From positions 1 to 55,778 of the forward strand of contig JBBRFT010000001.1 in NCBI GenBank assembly GCA_038241375.1: 55,778 bases of DNA, read 5' to 3'. The position numbers and the translations under genes were made by a program. Origin of the DNA: Spirochaetota bacterium. GTDB lineage: Bacteria > Spirochaetota > UBA4802 > UBA5550. Shown here piece by piece: positions 35,006 to 43,842 of the stretch (position 1 is the stretch's first letter; each line of letters begins with the position of its first letter). The notes beneath the pieces were generated by a model. That model was not told the origin of the DNA and made no database searches. It saw nothing but the letters and a program-made list of their open reading frames with translations.

Positions 35006-36324
35006 ATATCACCTGTAATAGCAGAGACGTATGATTCAGAATCGGGGAGAAGAGCCTGTTCCGGGAACAGCAACAACTGTGATGAATCTTTGCGAGGCGA
35101 TGAATCTACAAGAATCATCCGGACTCTCTCCGGTCTGTCAATAATCTGTGCCGCCGGTCTGCCGGAACATGTAATAAAGTATTTCGCCCGCTTCATTACA
35201 ACACCGATCTTCTTCAGACTTTCAGGAGTAAGTGACCCTGCCCTGCGTGCCTGTATAATCTTACGGGCAGACAAAACTCCGACTCCCGGAATGCGAAGCA
35301 GAGATTCATAATCTGCATGGTTCACATCCACGGGAAAAAAATCGTAATTCCGCACAGCCCATGCACTTTTAGGATCAATTTCAAGATCGAGAAAAGGATG
35401 TTTCTCATCGAGTATCTCCGAGGCGCTATAGTTATAAAAACGGAGCAGCCAGTCCGCCTGATAGAGACGGTTTTCGCGTCTAAGCTGCGGCGGCGTCACA
35501 GGGAGTATTGAACTCTCTTCTCGTACCGGAATATACGCAGAGTAATATACCCGTTTAAGTCCGGCACGAAGATATAGCGCTTCTGAAAGATTGACAATTG
35601 AAAAATCTGTTTCAGGAGATGCGCCGACAATGAGCTGAGTGCTCTGCCCTGCCGGTACAAACTTCGGAGTATTTGCCCTCCTGGCCGGAACATTCTCAAT
35701 TATCCCTTTTCTGATCATTCCAATTGAAGAAAAAATTTTATCCTTACTCTTCTCTGGAGCAAGAAGCGCCAGACTTTTTCTCGATGGAAGTTCAATATTC
35801 GCACTCATCCTGTCGGCAAGAAATCCCGCCTCACGGATAAGCCTTGAATCAGCACCGGGAATCGCCTTCATATGTATATAACCGTTGAATCGATGATGAA
35901 CCCTTAAAAGTTTTACGGCACGAATCATCATCTCCATGGTATAATCGGGTGAACGGAAAACGCCCGAGCTTAGAAAAAGACCCTCGATATAATTTCTTTT
36001 ATAAAAGTTAATTGTAATATCAGCCACCTCTTCAGGTGTAAGAGAGGCCCTTGGAATCTGATTGGATGAACGGTTCACGCAGAACGCGCAGTCGTACAGA
36101 CAGTTGTTGTTCATGAGTATTTTCAGCAGAGAGATACACCTCCCGTCATCAGCCCAGGAATGACAGATCCCCGACTTTGCGGCATTTCCGATCCCGCCGG
36201 CAATATTGCTACGGGTACTCCCGCTTGAAGAGCAGGAGACATCAAATTTAGCCGAAGCGGCCAGGATCTTCAGTCGTTCAGATATTTCAGTTGTTTTGTG
36301 CGACATAATATATATAGCATACAA
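35002..36324 (-). CDS. Putative DNA modification/repair radical SAM protein with C-terminal helix-hairpin-helix
   Basis: CLYDCAFC (CX3CX2C) cluster motif. C-terminal HhH, LLRIPGVGVLSARKII. The start could also be the ATG at 36306. Confidence 0.8.
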   Translation of the reverse strand: MYAIYIMSHKTTEISERLKILAASAKFDVSCSSSGSTRSNIAGGIGNAAKSGICHSWADDGRCISLLKILMNNNCLYDCAFCVNRSSNQIPRASLTPEEVADITINFYKRNYIEGLFLSSGVFRSPDYTMEMMIRAVKLLRVHHRFNGYIHMKAIPGADSRLIREAGFLADRMSANIELPSRKSLALLAPEKSKDKIFSSIGMIRKGIIENVPARRANTPKFVPAGQSTQLIVGASPETDFSIVNLSEALYLRAGLKRVYYSAYIPVREESSILPVTPPQLRRENRLYQADWLLRFYNYSASEILDEKHPFLDLEIDPKSAWAVRNYDFFPVDVNHADYESLLRIPGVGVLSARKIIQARRAGSLTPESLKKIGVVMKRAKYFITCSGRPAAQIIDRPERVRMILVDSSPRKDSSQLLLFPEQALLPDSESYVSAITGDI

Positions 36325-36514
36325 ACGTATAGCATTATTGCAACTTTTTTTTCCTGAATCACCAAATATTTCAAAAAAAGTAACCTGCTTTACAAAATAA
36401 TCCTTTTTTAATCATATTAAAAACTACAGAGTACCAACTAAAGGGCGGTCCCAAAAATTCCGTTTCCGGAGCCTTGCGGGGCTTATAAAGGGGCTACTGC
36501 CCTAAAGGAATTGT

Positions 36515-37279
36515 ATGATAAATTTTAAATATATCGGTCACTTTATATGCCAGCGCGACTACAAAGATGAGCAGCCAAGGCAGGGAATGTTTTCTGATGC
36601 CGGTGGCTGCATCGAACTTGTTAAAGGCGAGAACTATGAACAGGCACTCAAGGATCTGGACGGGTTTGATTATATCTGGGTAATTTTCGTTTTCCATCAC
36701 AACTCTACATGGAAACCCGTGACAAACCCGCCGTATAGCGACGGCAATGGAAAGAAGGGTGTATTCGCCACCAGATCACCCTACCGGCCTAATCCAATCG
36801 GAATGAGCTGTGTCAAAGTTGAAAAGATTTCAGGAAACAGAATTTATATTCGAGCATCGGACATACTAAACAATACACCAATACTCGACATCAAACCGTA
36901 TATATCCGATTACGACAGCTTCCCCGATGCTTCAAGGGGTTGGCTCGATAATGTTGTAAAAGATAACTATTCAGTTGAATATTCGGACAAGGCTGATGTG
37001 AAAATTAATTTTCTTAAACACCATGGCGTCGATCTCACTGGAGCAATAAACAGTCAGCTTGCATTCAACCCCTTTGATAAGACCAGAAAAAAGTTTGAAG
37101 CTGGAGATAATGGATTCATTTTCAGATTTAAAACCTGGAAGATAGAATTTGTTATAACCGATAATCTCATTACAATACAGAATATTTATTCGGGATATAA
37201 AGATTACAATACTTTATGCGGGAATGATACACTTGGGGATTTAGCAATTCACAAATTATTCAATGAAAAATTTATTTGA
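36515..37279 (+). CDS. trmO: tRNA (N6-threonylcarbamoyladenosine(37)-N6)-methyltransferase TrmO (YaeB/TsaA family)
   Basis: FDYIWVIFVFH, GVFATRSPYRPNPIG and TPILDIKPY blocks. Confidence 0.85.
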   Translation: MINFKYIGHFICQRDYKDEQPRQGMFSDAGGCIELVKGENYEQALKDLDGFDYIWVIFVFHHNSTWKPVTNPPYSDGNGKKGVFATRSPYRPNPIGMSCVKVEKISGNRIYIRASDILNNTPILDIKPYISDYDSFPDASRGWLDNVVKDNYSVEYSDKADVKINFLKHHGVDLTGAINSQLAFNPFDKTRKKFEAGDNGFIFRFKTWKIEFVITDNLITIQNIYSGYKDYNTLCGNDTLGDLAIHKLFNEKFI

Positions 37280-37291
37280 ATTCAGAATAAT

Positions 37292-38089
37292 TTATTCAAC
37301 ACCGGCCATCTCTTTTGGGAGCCTCATGGTAAACTGGTACGCACCGAAATTTGCATATGAATCATCGTATCCGTCATAAGTCAGTTCACCATTATAGAAT
37401 TTGCGTATTGCATTATTTATTGAAGGGAGCCCATATTGAGAACTTTCACAGTTCCCGCGATGTATTCTCTCATTTCTCAACTTAACTCTTCTGGTCCACC
37501 CGCAATTCAATGATTCTTCAATTTTCTTTTCTATACTCTCATCAAACAGTGCATAGTTTCTCATTATTAAATCGATATACCCCGGTTTTCTTCTATTTGC
37601 AAGACAGACCACTTCAAGCATACAGTTCAAATTTTTATTATTTTCTCCATGTGTGTCTGATAGTTTTTTTTCTATTATATAATTCGATTTAACAGCATTG
37701 CTTATAAGTTCAGGGATGATGTATAATGCCATGGGATTATCGGACTCTTTTAATATTGTTAATTTATCTGACAGAAAACTTACTACATCTTTATTCAGAG
37801 CGGCAACATAATTTCTAAACTCTTCAATTTTAGCGCTATCAGCTCCTGCGGGAACAAACGGAAGTATACCGTAATAAAAACGCCTGAGAGCAGTCGTGCC
37901 ATTATAAAAAACTGTATGAGATTTTACTATATCTTTGCTTGTATTAACCAGAGAATAGCTCTGATAATCTCTCTTAGCGTTCAGATAACATTTTTTAATA
38001 AAAACATTCTTTGAACCATGAAGTATCTCAGGAATATAACTATCCGGATGACATAAAATTTCCTTCTGTTTTACCACCTTTGCAAGCAT
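37292..38089 (-). CDS. Hypothetical protein with a possible degenerate GHKL ATPase N-box
   Basis: A 265-aa ORF with coding-like composition. PELISNAVKS resembles the E..NA N-box and YGLPSINNAI is a weak G2-like segment. No clear G1 box. Confidence 0.5.
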   Translation of the reverse strand: MLAKVVKQKEILCHPDSYIPEILHGSKNVFIKKCYLNAKRDYQSYSLVNTSKDIVKSHTVFYNGTTALRRFYYGILPFVPAGADSAKIEEFRNYVAALNKDVVSFLSDKLTILKESDNPMALYIIPELISNAVKSNYIIEKKLSDTHGENNKNLNCMLEVVCLANRRKPGYIDLIMRNYALFDESIEKKIEESLNCGWTRRVKLRNERIHRGNCESSQYGLPSINNAIRKFYNGELTYDGYDDSYANFGAYQFTMRLPKEMAGVE

Positions 38090-38253
38090 CCGTACCCCTG
38101 TTCAAATTCTAATTTTTTCACTGCCAAATTTTAAGCAATAAATTTTATAATTATGTCTCTTAATTTCATATTAAATATTTCCTGTCAACCTTAAACTTAT
38201 AATAAAAAGATAGCAAATTAATTTCGGGGGTGCACGCGCTTCGCGTAAGCCTG

Positions 38254-38296
38254 AAAAGGGGGATTACGAGGGCGTTGCCCTTATAATCCCCCTTTT
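38254..38296. terminator. Bidirectional terminator-like hairpin
   Basis: 13-bp perfect stem AAAAGGGGGATTA / TAATCCCCCTTTT around a 17-nt loop that has its own mini-stem. On the minus-strand RNA it ends in U4, downstream of the 38364 gene. Confidence 0.6.
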
Positions 38297-38363
38297 CTTT
38301 TCACATCACCGATGCACTACGCCCACAAGATAAAATCACAACCTTTTAAAAACCAGAGCTTAA

Positions 38364-39038
38364 CTATTTTCTCTCGGCTTCCCACTCGTGTCGTTCTTTT
38401 CTGTCGTTGGTCATAATCCCTTTTATGACCTTGCCGGATGAACTGTATTTGCCTGAAAAATTATGTTTAAACAGATAATTCGCACCAAGTCGTCTTATCT
38501 CTTCCGGAGTAGATGCAGACCGTGTAAATCTCACTCCCCCGGAACTTATTCTTACTCCTTTAAGATATTCTACAGCACCTTTCGCCCACCCGGGAAAACG
38601 AAGACTTCCGTATACCTGTTGCTTTTTCGAGACACCGAGAACAAGAATACCTTCATGTCCCTGTAATATTATTTTATATCTTCCAAGATATTGCACCGGA
38701 ACGGGCAGAATTTCTTTATCCTCATCATCCTCTTCCTGAATAATTTCAATACTTATAATGTTATCCATGGACAGAATAGTATAATAAAACCGGCCGGAAT
38801 CCGGTGAGGGTAGAGATGTTTTATTTTTAACAGACTCCGAATCTCTTTTTACTATAATTGTGCTGCCGCAAATAAAAAGATTTCCCCCTCTGTAATAATT
38901 CAAATCTTTATCATGTATGATTACCGTATATGATGAAGTCATAACTTTTACTATTGGTAAGGCAATAAGAAAGATCAGAGATACCGACAGTAGTATTAAA
39001 GCAACTTTATTCAATACATCTTTTTTTTTCTTATCCAT
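38364..39038 (-). CDS. Hypothetical membrane-anchored protein
   Basis: A Lys-rich N-terminus, one TM helix, and an acidic linker (EEDDEDKE). No recognisable domain. Confidence 0.55.
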   Translation of the reverse strand: MDKKKKDVLNKVALILLSVSLIFLIALPIVKVMTSSYTVIIHDKDLNYYRGGNLFICGSTIIVKRDSESVKNKTSLPSPDSGRFYYTILSMDNIISIEIIQEEDDEDKEILPVPVQYLGRYKIILQGHEGILVLGVSKKQQVYGSLRFPGWAKGAVEYLKGVRISSGGVRFTRSASTPEEIRRLGANYLFKHNFSGKYSSSGKVIKGIMTNDRKERHEWEAERK

Positions 39039-39195
39039 TGATAAAAACTCTCCATTAATATAGTGTTATTCATTAATATATCGGTTATAATTCCCCCGAT
39101 GCTGAAAATAAAATCAAAGCTGAGTAAAATCTTAATTGATAAAAAATACCGATCAGGCCGATAATTAAAAAAAGAAAAGTGTCTCCGGAGGAACA

Positions 39196-39591
39196 ATGTC
39201 TAAAAATATCATGTATTATCAGAATTCTGAAAATATAATTAAAATCGGTCAGCTCGAACAGAGAATGTATATCATCCTTGAAGGACGGGTAAGTGTATTC
39301 CTCACAAGCGGTGAAGAAAATATAATTGTAGCAACAATGGAGAAGGGGGATTTTTTCGGAGAGATATCGCTTTTTACAGACCACCCAAGAAGTGCTACCG
39401 TCCGGGCTCTTGGAGATGTAAAACTTGCGTATATCGATAATGTAACTCAGCTTAAATCTTTTCTTATTTTAAATCCTCAATTTGCTGCAAAAATGGTATC
39501 AATTCTTGCGCAAAGACTTGCAAAAACAGATACTATATTAATAGGTAAGATCAGCGAAATCAACAGGCTTAAGCAGACACAGGCTATTTAA
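39196..39591 (+). CDS. Stand-alone cyclic-nucleotide-binding domain protein
   Basis: GDFFGEISLF...RSATVRA cNMP-binding signature. GGAGG RBS. Confidence 0.8.
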   Translation: MSKNIMYYQNSENIIKIGQLEQRMYIILEGRVSVFLTSGEENIIVATMEKGDFFGEISLFTDHPRSATVRALGDVKLAYIDNVTQLKSFLILNPQFAAKMVSILAQRLAKTDTILIGKISEINRLKQTQAI

Positions 39592-39629
39592 CTCCCTGAG
39601 CTGATTTAAGCACTTCCACGGGAGATAAA

Positions 39630-42347
39630 ATGAGTAATAAAATAAAGAAAAAACTATTCATACTGGACGGTCACGCCCTCTGTTACAGGGCGTATTTTGC
39701 ATTTATAAAGAATCCTCTTAAAAACTCTTCGGGACAGAATACATCTGCAATATTCGGTTTTGCCCGGATGATGTTTAAACTTATAAAAGAACAGAACCCT
39801 GACTACCTTGCAGTGGCATTTGACCCTCCGCAGAAATCCTTCAGATTCAAGCTTTACGAAGAGTATAAAGCAAACAGGGTAAAAATGCCCGATGACATGA
39901 GAAGCCAGATCGGTGAGATTAAGCGCATGGTGGAAACCCTGGGTATAACAACACTTGAGCATGCCGACTACGAGGCAGATGATGTACTCGGCACCGTCGC
40001 GGAGAAGTTTTCATCCGATGAACTGGAGGTCTACCTTGTAACAGGCGACAAAGACGCTTACCAGCTTGTAAAAAATAATGTACGCATATACGCAAACACA
40101 AAGGGAATTTCGGAGTACGAGATTTACGATGCAGAGGGTGTTTTAAATAAAGTCGGCCTGGGTCCCGATCAGATAATCGATTACATGGCACTAATGGGTG
40201 ATACATCGGATAATGTTCCCGGAGTTAAAGGTATCGGAGAGAAGACAGCACTTAAACTTATTACAGAGTATGGGACTCTCGAAAATATTTTCGAAAATGC
40301 AGAGTCAATCAAAGGTAAAACCGGTGAGATGCTGAGAACGGGAAAAGAGATGGCCTTCCTGAGCAGAGATCTTGTAACAATCAGAAGAGATGTCCCTCTC
40401 GATGCAGAACTTTCAGATATGAAATTCACTGAGATCGATCCTCAAACTGCTGTTGAATACTTCAACGGTATTGAGATGGAATCTGTTGCTAAAGATTTTT
40501 TCCAGGGAGTGAAATCTGAAAAAAAAATTTCCAGCATGGCAAGTACAAAGGAATATGTAACGATTAAAACAGAGAGTGAACTTAAACAGATGATCGAAGA
40601 GATCAGAAAAGCCGGCACGCTATCCTTCGATACAGAGACAGATTCAATCCACCCCGTGGAAGCTAATCTAGTAGGGATGTCTTTTTCCATCAGAGAGAAC
40701 AGCGGATGGTTCCTCCCTCTTCAGAGCCAGGGACTCTTCGGCGGCGATTACCCCGATCCGTCGATTTCACTCCCCCTTGTTAAACCGGTACTTGAAGATG
40801 AAAAAATAAAAAAAATCGGACAGAACATAAAGTTCGATCTTCTAGTACTTAAACGCGCGAAGATAGAACTCCGCGGAATATATTTTGACACCATGATAGC
40901 CTCATACCTTCTCAATCCCGCAGAGAGACGGCACAACATGGATGATCTCGCTGAAAAATATCTCAATTACAAAACTATAACATACAAAGAACTCACAGGA
41001 ACCGGGAAGAACGCAATCCCGCTTGCAGAAGTTCCTCTTGAAAAACTTGCAGAATACGCTACTGAAGACGCAGACATAACTTTCAGATTATATAAACTCT
41101 TTAAACCGATGCTTGAGAAAGAAAACCTCACTACCCTATTTGAAACAATCGAAATGCCTCTGCTTTCAGTACTTGCAGATATGGAGTATGCAGGGGTAAA
41201 AATTGACACAGCACATTTTGAGAAAATGAAAAAAACAATAGTAGAGAGAGTTAAAGAGGTAGAGAAACAGATCTATACCCTTGCCGGTCAGGAGTTCAAC
41301 ATCAACTCCACGAAGGAACTATCTTCTATTCTCTTTGAAAAACTGCAGCTGAAAACTGCGAGGAAAACCAAAACCGGATTCTCCACGGACATTCAGGTTC
41401 TTGAAACTTTAAAGGGGAGCCACAAAATCATTGACTACCTCATAGACTACAGAACGCTGAGTAAACTTCACAGTACATACATCGACTCTCTTCCGAAAAT
41501 GATAAGCAGATACACAGGGAGAATCCATACTTCGTACAACCAGACAATCGCCGCAACAGGGAGACTTTCATCAACAGATCCGAATCTCCAGAACATCCCT
41601 ATACGTGATGAATTCGGCGGACAGATCCGGAAGGGCTTCATTCCGGAGAAAGGTTTTCTCTTAATGTCAGCGGATTATTCACAGATTGAACTCCGCCTTG
41701 CCGCGCACTATTCAAATGATGCGAATATGATATCGGCATTCAGAGATAAAATCGACATTCACAGCATGACCGCCTCATCAGTCTTCGCTGTTTCTATAGC
41801 GGACATTACTCCCGATATGCGGAGACAGGCGAAGATTATAAACTTTGCCACAATATACGGAGTTTCACCATACGGGCTGTCACAGCAGGCAGAGATAGGG
41901 ATGAGAGATGCGGCTGAATTCATAAAAAAATATTTTGAAACATACCCGGGATTTCGCGACTATATCGATTCAACCATCGCATTCGCAAAAGAACACGGCT
42001 ATGTGCAGACACTCATGGGTAGAAAACGTCCCGTACCGGAGATAACATCCGAAACATCATTCCGGAGAGAGGGGGCTGAGCGCGCCGCAATAAATATGCC
42101 GATTCAGGGAACCTCTGCAGATATGATAAAAATCGCCATGATTAACATTCAAAATGAAATGATATCCGGAAAAATGAAATCCCGAATGATAATGCAGGTT
42201 CATGACGAACTGGTATTTGAAGTACACGAGGATGAAAAAACAGTGATGGAAGATATGATCCGTGATAAAATGGAGAATGCAATTAAACTGAATGTTCCGG
42301 TAATTGTTGAAATAGGTATAGGGAAGAACTGGGATGAAGCTCATTGA
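39630..42347 (+). CDS. polA: DNA polymerase I
   Basis: 905 aa. 5' nuclease (LILDGHALCYRAYFA, GDTSDNVPGVKGIGEKTA), 3'-5' exonuclease (FDTETDS), and polymerase motifs (DYSQIELR, RRQAKIINFATIYG, QVHDELVFE). Confidence 0.95.
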   Translation: MSNKIKKKLFILDGHALCYRAYFAFIKNPLKNSSGQNTSAIFGFARMMFKLIKEQNPDYLAVAFDPPQKSFRFKLYEEYKANRVKMPDDMRSQIGEIKRMVETLGITTLEHADYEADDVLGTVAEKFSSDELEVYLVTGDKDAYQLVKNNVRIYANTKGISEYEIYDAEGVLNKVGLGPDQIIDYMALMGDTSDNVPGVKGIGEKTALKLITEYGTLENIFENAESIKGKTGEMLRTGKEMAFLSRDLVTIRRDVPLDAELSDMKFTEIDPQTAVEYFNGIEMESVAKDFFQGVKSEKKISSMASTKEYVTIKTESELKQMIEEIRKAGTLSFDTETDSIHPVEANLVGMSFSIRENSGWFLPLQSQGLFGGDYPDPSISLPLVKPVLEDEKIKKIGQNIKFDLLVLKRAKIELRGIYFDTMIASYLLNPAERRHNMDDLAEKYLNYKTITYKELTGTGKNAIPLAEVPLEKLAEYATEDADITFRLYKLFKPMLEKENLTTLFETIEMPLLSVLADMEYAGVKIDTAHFEKMKKTIVERVKEVEKQIYTLAGQEFNINSTKELSSILFEKLQLKTARKTKTGFSTDIQVLETLKGSHKIIDYLIDYRTLSKLHSTYIDSLPKMISRYTGRIHTSYNQTIAATGRLSSTDPNLQNIPIRDEFGGQIRKGFIPEKGFLLMSADYSQIELRLAAHYSNDANMISAFRDKIDIHSMTASSVFAVSIADITPDMRRQAKIINFATIYGVSPYGLSQQAEIGMRDAAEFIKKYFETYPGFRDYIDSTIAFAKEHGYVQTLMGRKRPVPEITSETSFRREGAERAAINMPIQGTSADMIKIAMINIQNEMISGKMKSRMIMQVHDELVFEVHEDEKTVMEDMIRDKMENAIKLNVPVIVEIGIGKNWDEAH

Positions 42348-42444
42348 TGATGATACAGTATGGCTAACACAGTCTCCTTGATGATGACGTGGGTTATGGT
42401 GATAATGTTTCTTTTTAGGAAACTTCAATATAACACATAAAGTA

Positions 42445-43005
42445 TTAAAAATATATAACTCCCAGTGAGATTGTAAATGCGGCTCCCGAGGCGATACCTG
42501 TAGCAACATGCGCTCCGCCATCAGCCAGGGCAAGTGTTGTAACAAAACCTGCAGTTGCAAGAACTCCCAGTATTGCGTGAGTGTTGTATTTCCAGTCTCC
42601 TTCAGTTAAACTGATCAGTCCGCCATATTCATATATCCCGTCAACACAGGTTGCCGCTGCAAGCCCTGTTGTTACACCAGCTAATGTGCAATGGCCGCTT
42701 TCCGGAATGAAAAAACCGGTACTGATGGTGACAGCCATCATCCCGAGAGTACTCCACCCTAGAACTTTGTGCCAATTGATCTGAGAAGCATTATCAGAGT
42801 CAGAGGATGTTCCTGCAGTATTGATCACATCAGCATTATCTACTGCGGCGATATACATATAGCCGGTGTTGTAATTTAGAAAATCATTATCGCTCATGAC
42901 AATGCTTGAATTGTTCAGTTCAGATGCGGATAAGTTTAACGGGGAAAAAACAAAAAGAAAGATTACGGATACCATGATAATAATTATTTTAGATACAGTT
43001 TTCAT
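42445..43005 (-). CDS. Secreted/membrane hypothetical protein
   Basis: AGGAG RBS before the ATG at 43005, which I prefer to 43047. Signal peptide, then Gly/Ala-rich hydrophobic C-terminal helices. It has a pseudogene paralogue at 30682-30833. Confidence 0.6.
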   Translation of the reverse strand: MKTVSKIIIIMVSVIFLFVFSPLNLSASELNNSSIVMSDNDFLNYNTGYMYIAAVDNADVINTAGTSSDSDNASQINWHKVLGWSTLGMMAVTISTGFFIPESGHCTLAGVTTGLAAATCVDGIYEYGGLISLTEGDWKYNTHAILGVLATAGFVTTLALADGGAHVATGIASGAAFTISLGVIYF

Positions 43006-43075
43006 ATTAACTCCTGCATTTCTTTTCAGGAAACTGCGATATAACATATAAAGTTTTAACGTGACTTTCTGTGTT

Positions 43076-43260
43076 ATAAAGGATCATAATGAATTTTATC
43101 AGGATCTTCAACAAGTATCAAACTTTACAAAATGTCCTCTACAAGTCTCAGTTAATTAAATTTTGCACTTCGCGCAAATGTTAAAAAAACAACTTTCATT
43201 ATGATTGTAAATTAACAGCCAATTGAAAATTAAGTCAACACCTTTATCTTTTCTGAAATT
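43076..43260 (-). repeat. ~185-bp direct repeat, copy A
   Basis: Collinear with 49634-49820, roughly four fifths identical by eye with small indels. It contains a consensus promoter and the 26-nt box. Confidence 0.8.
43093..43121 (-). promoter_or_regulatory. Sigma70 promoter inside repeat A, reading toward 42445-43005
   Basis: Minus strand TTGATA, a 17-nt spacer (cttgttgaagatcctga), then TAAAAT. Confidence 0.6.
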
Positions 43261-43603
43261 TCTTCCAGTATTATCAGGGAAGGTTAAAAGAGCTGATTCC
43301 AAGGCCTTCCCGGGATCAGTACCAGGTGCCCCGGATAGGTCTATGGTCTACTGCGGCAAGTACGGCATCCTTCTGGATATTACGCCAAGCACAATGTAAC
43401 CGTTGTTTTCAACTGAGAATCTCAGCAGCACATCCGGGTTATTTCTGTATTTGTGATCCCGTGGTGAAGTTTACAATCAGATATGTGTTTTATAGTAATC
43501 GTTAATCTATATAAAATTAAAATTATTCAGAAAAAAAATGTCCCCCCTGATACTGCTCTTTTTTTTTAATTTTTTAAAATATTATAAGACCATAGATACA
43601 AGA

Positions 43604-43625
43604 GAGATTGAATATATTCAATCTC
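43604..43625. promoter_or_regulatory. Perfect 22-nt palindrome upstream of the island kinase
   Basis: GAGATTGAATA / TATTCAATCTC, nested inside outer complementary AAGACC ... GGTCTT. Confidence 0.4.
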
Positions 43626-43842
43626 AGGTCTTCTGCAGTTTTTTCTTTTTACAATAATGATATTCGGAGTTTCAATTCTGCTGAATAAATATGATGGTAC
43701 CTGTAATTATAATTATACCTTTTGTTTTTTATAAAACTGATAATACACTAACAGGTATTTTCATACATGGAGTTTATAACGGACCGGCTTTTGTTGCTGT
43801 CGCGATGGGAGTAATTAAGTGACTTATATTTAATATTGACAT

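Noticed and set aside
39654-42560. A series of 80-167-aa minus-strand ORFs inside and just past polA (39654-39962, 39919-40206, 40181-40429, 40442-40690, 40748-40966, 40967-41209, 42057-42560)
   Set aside because: All lie antisense to a polA frame that is strongly supported by motifs along its full length. Their translations are low-complexity (Ser/Ile/Phe-rich), with no RBS or domain. They are shadow ORFs.
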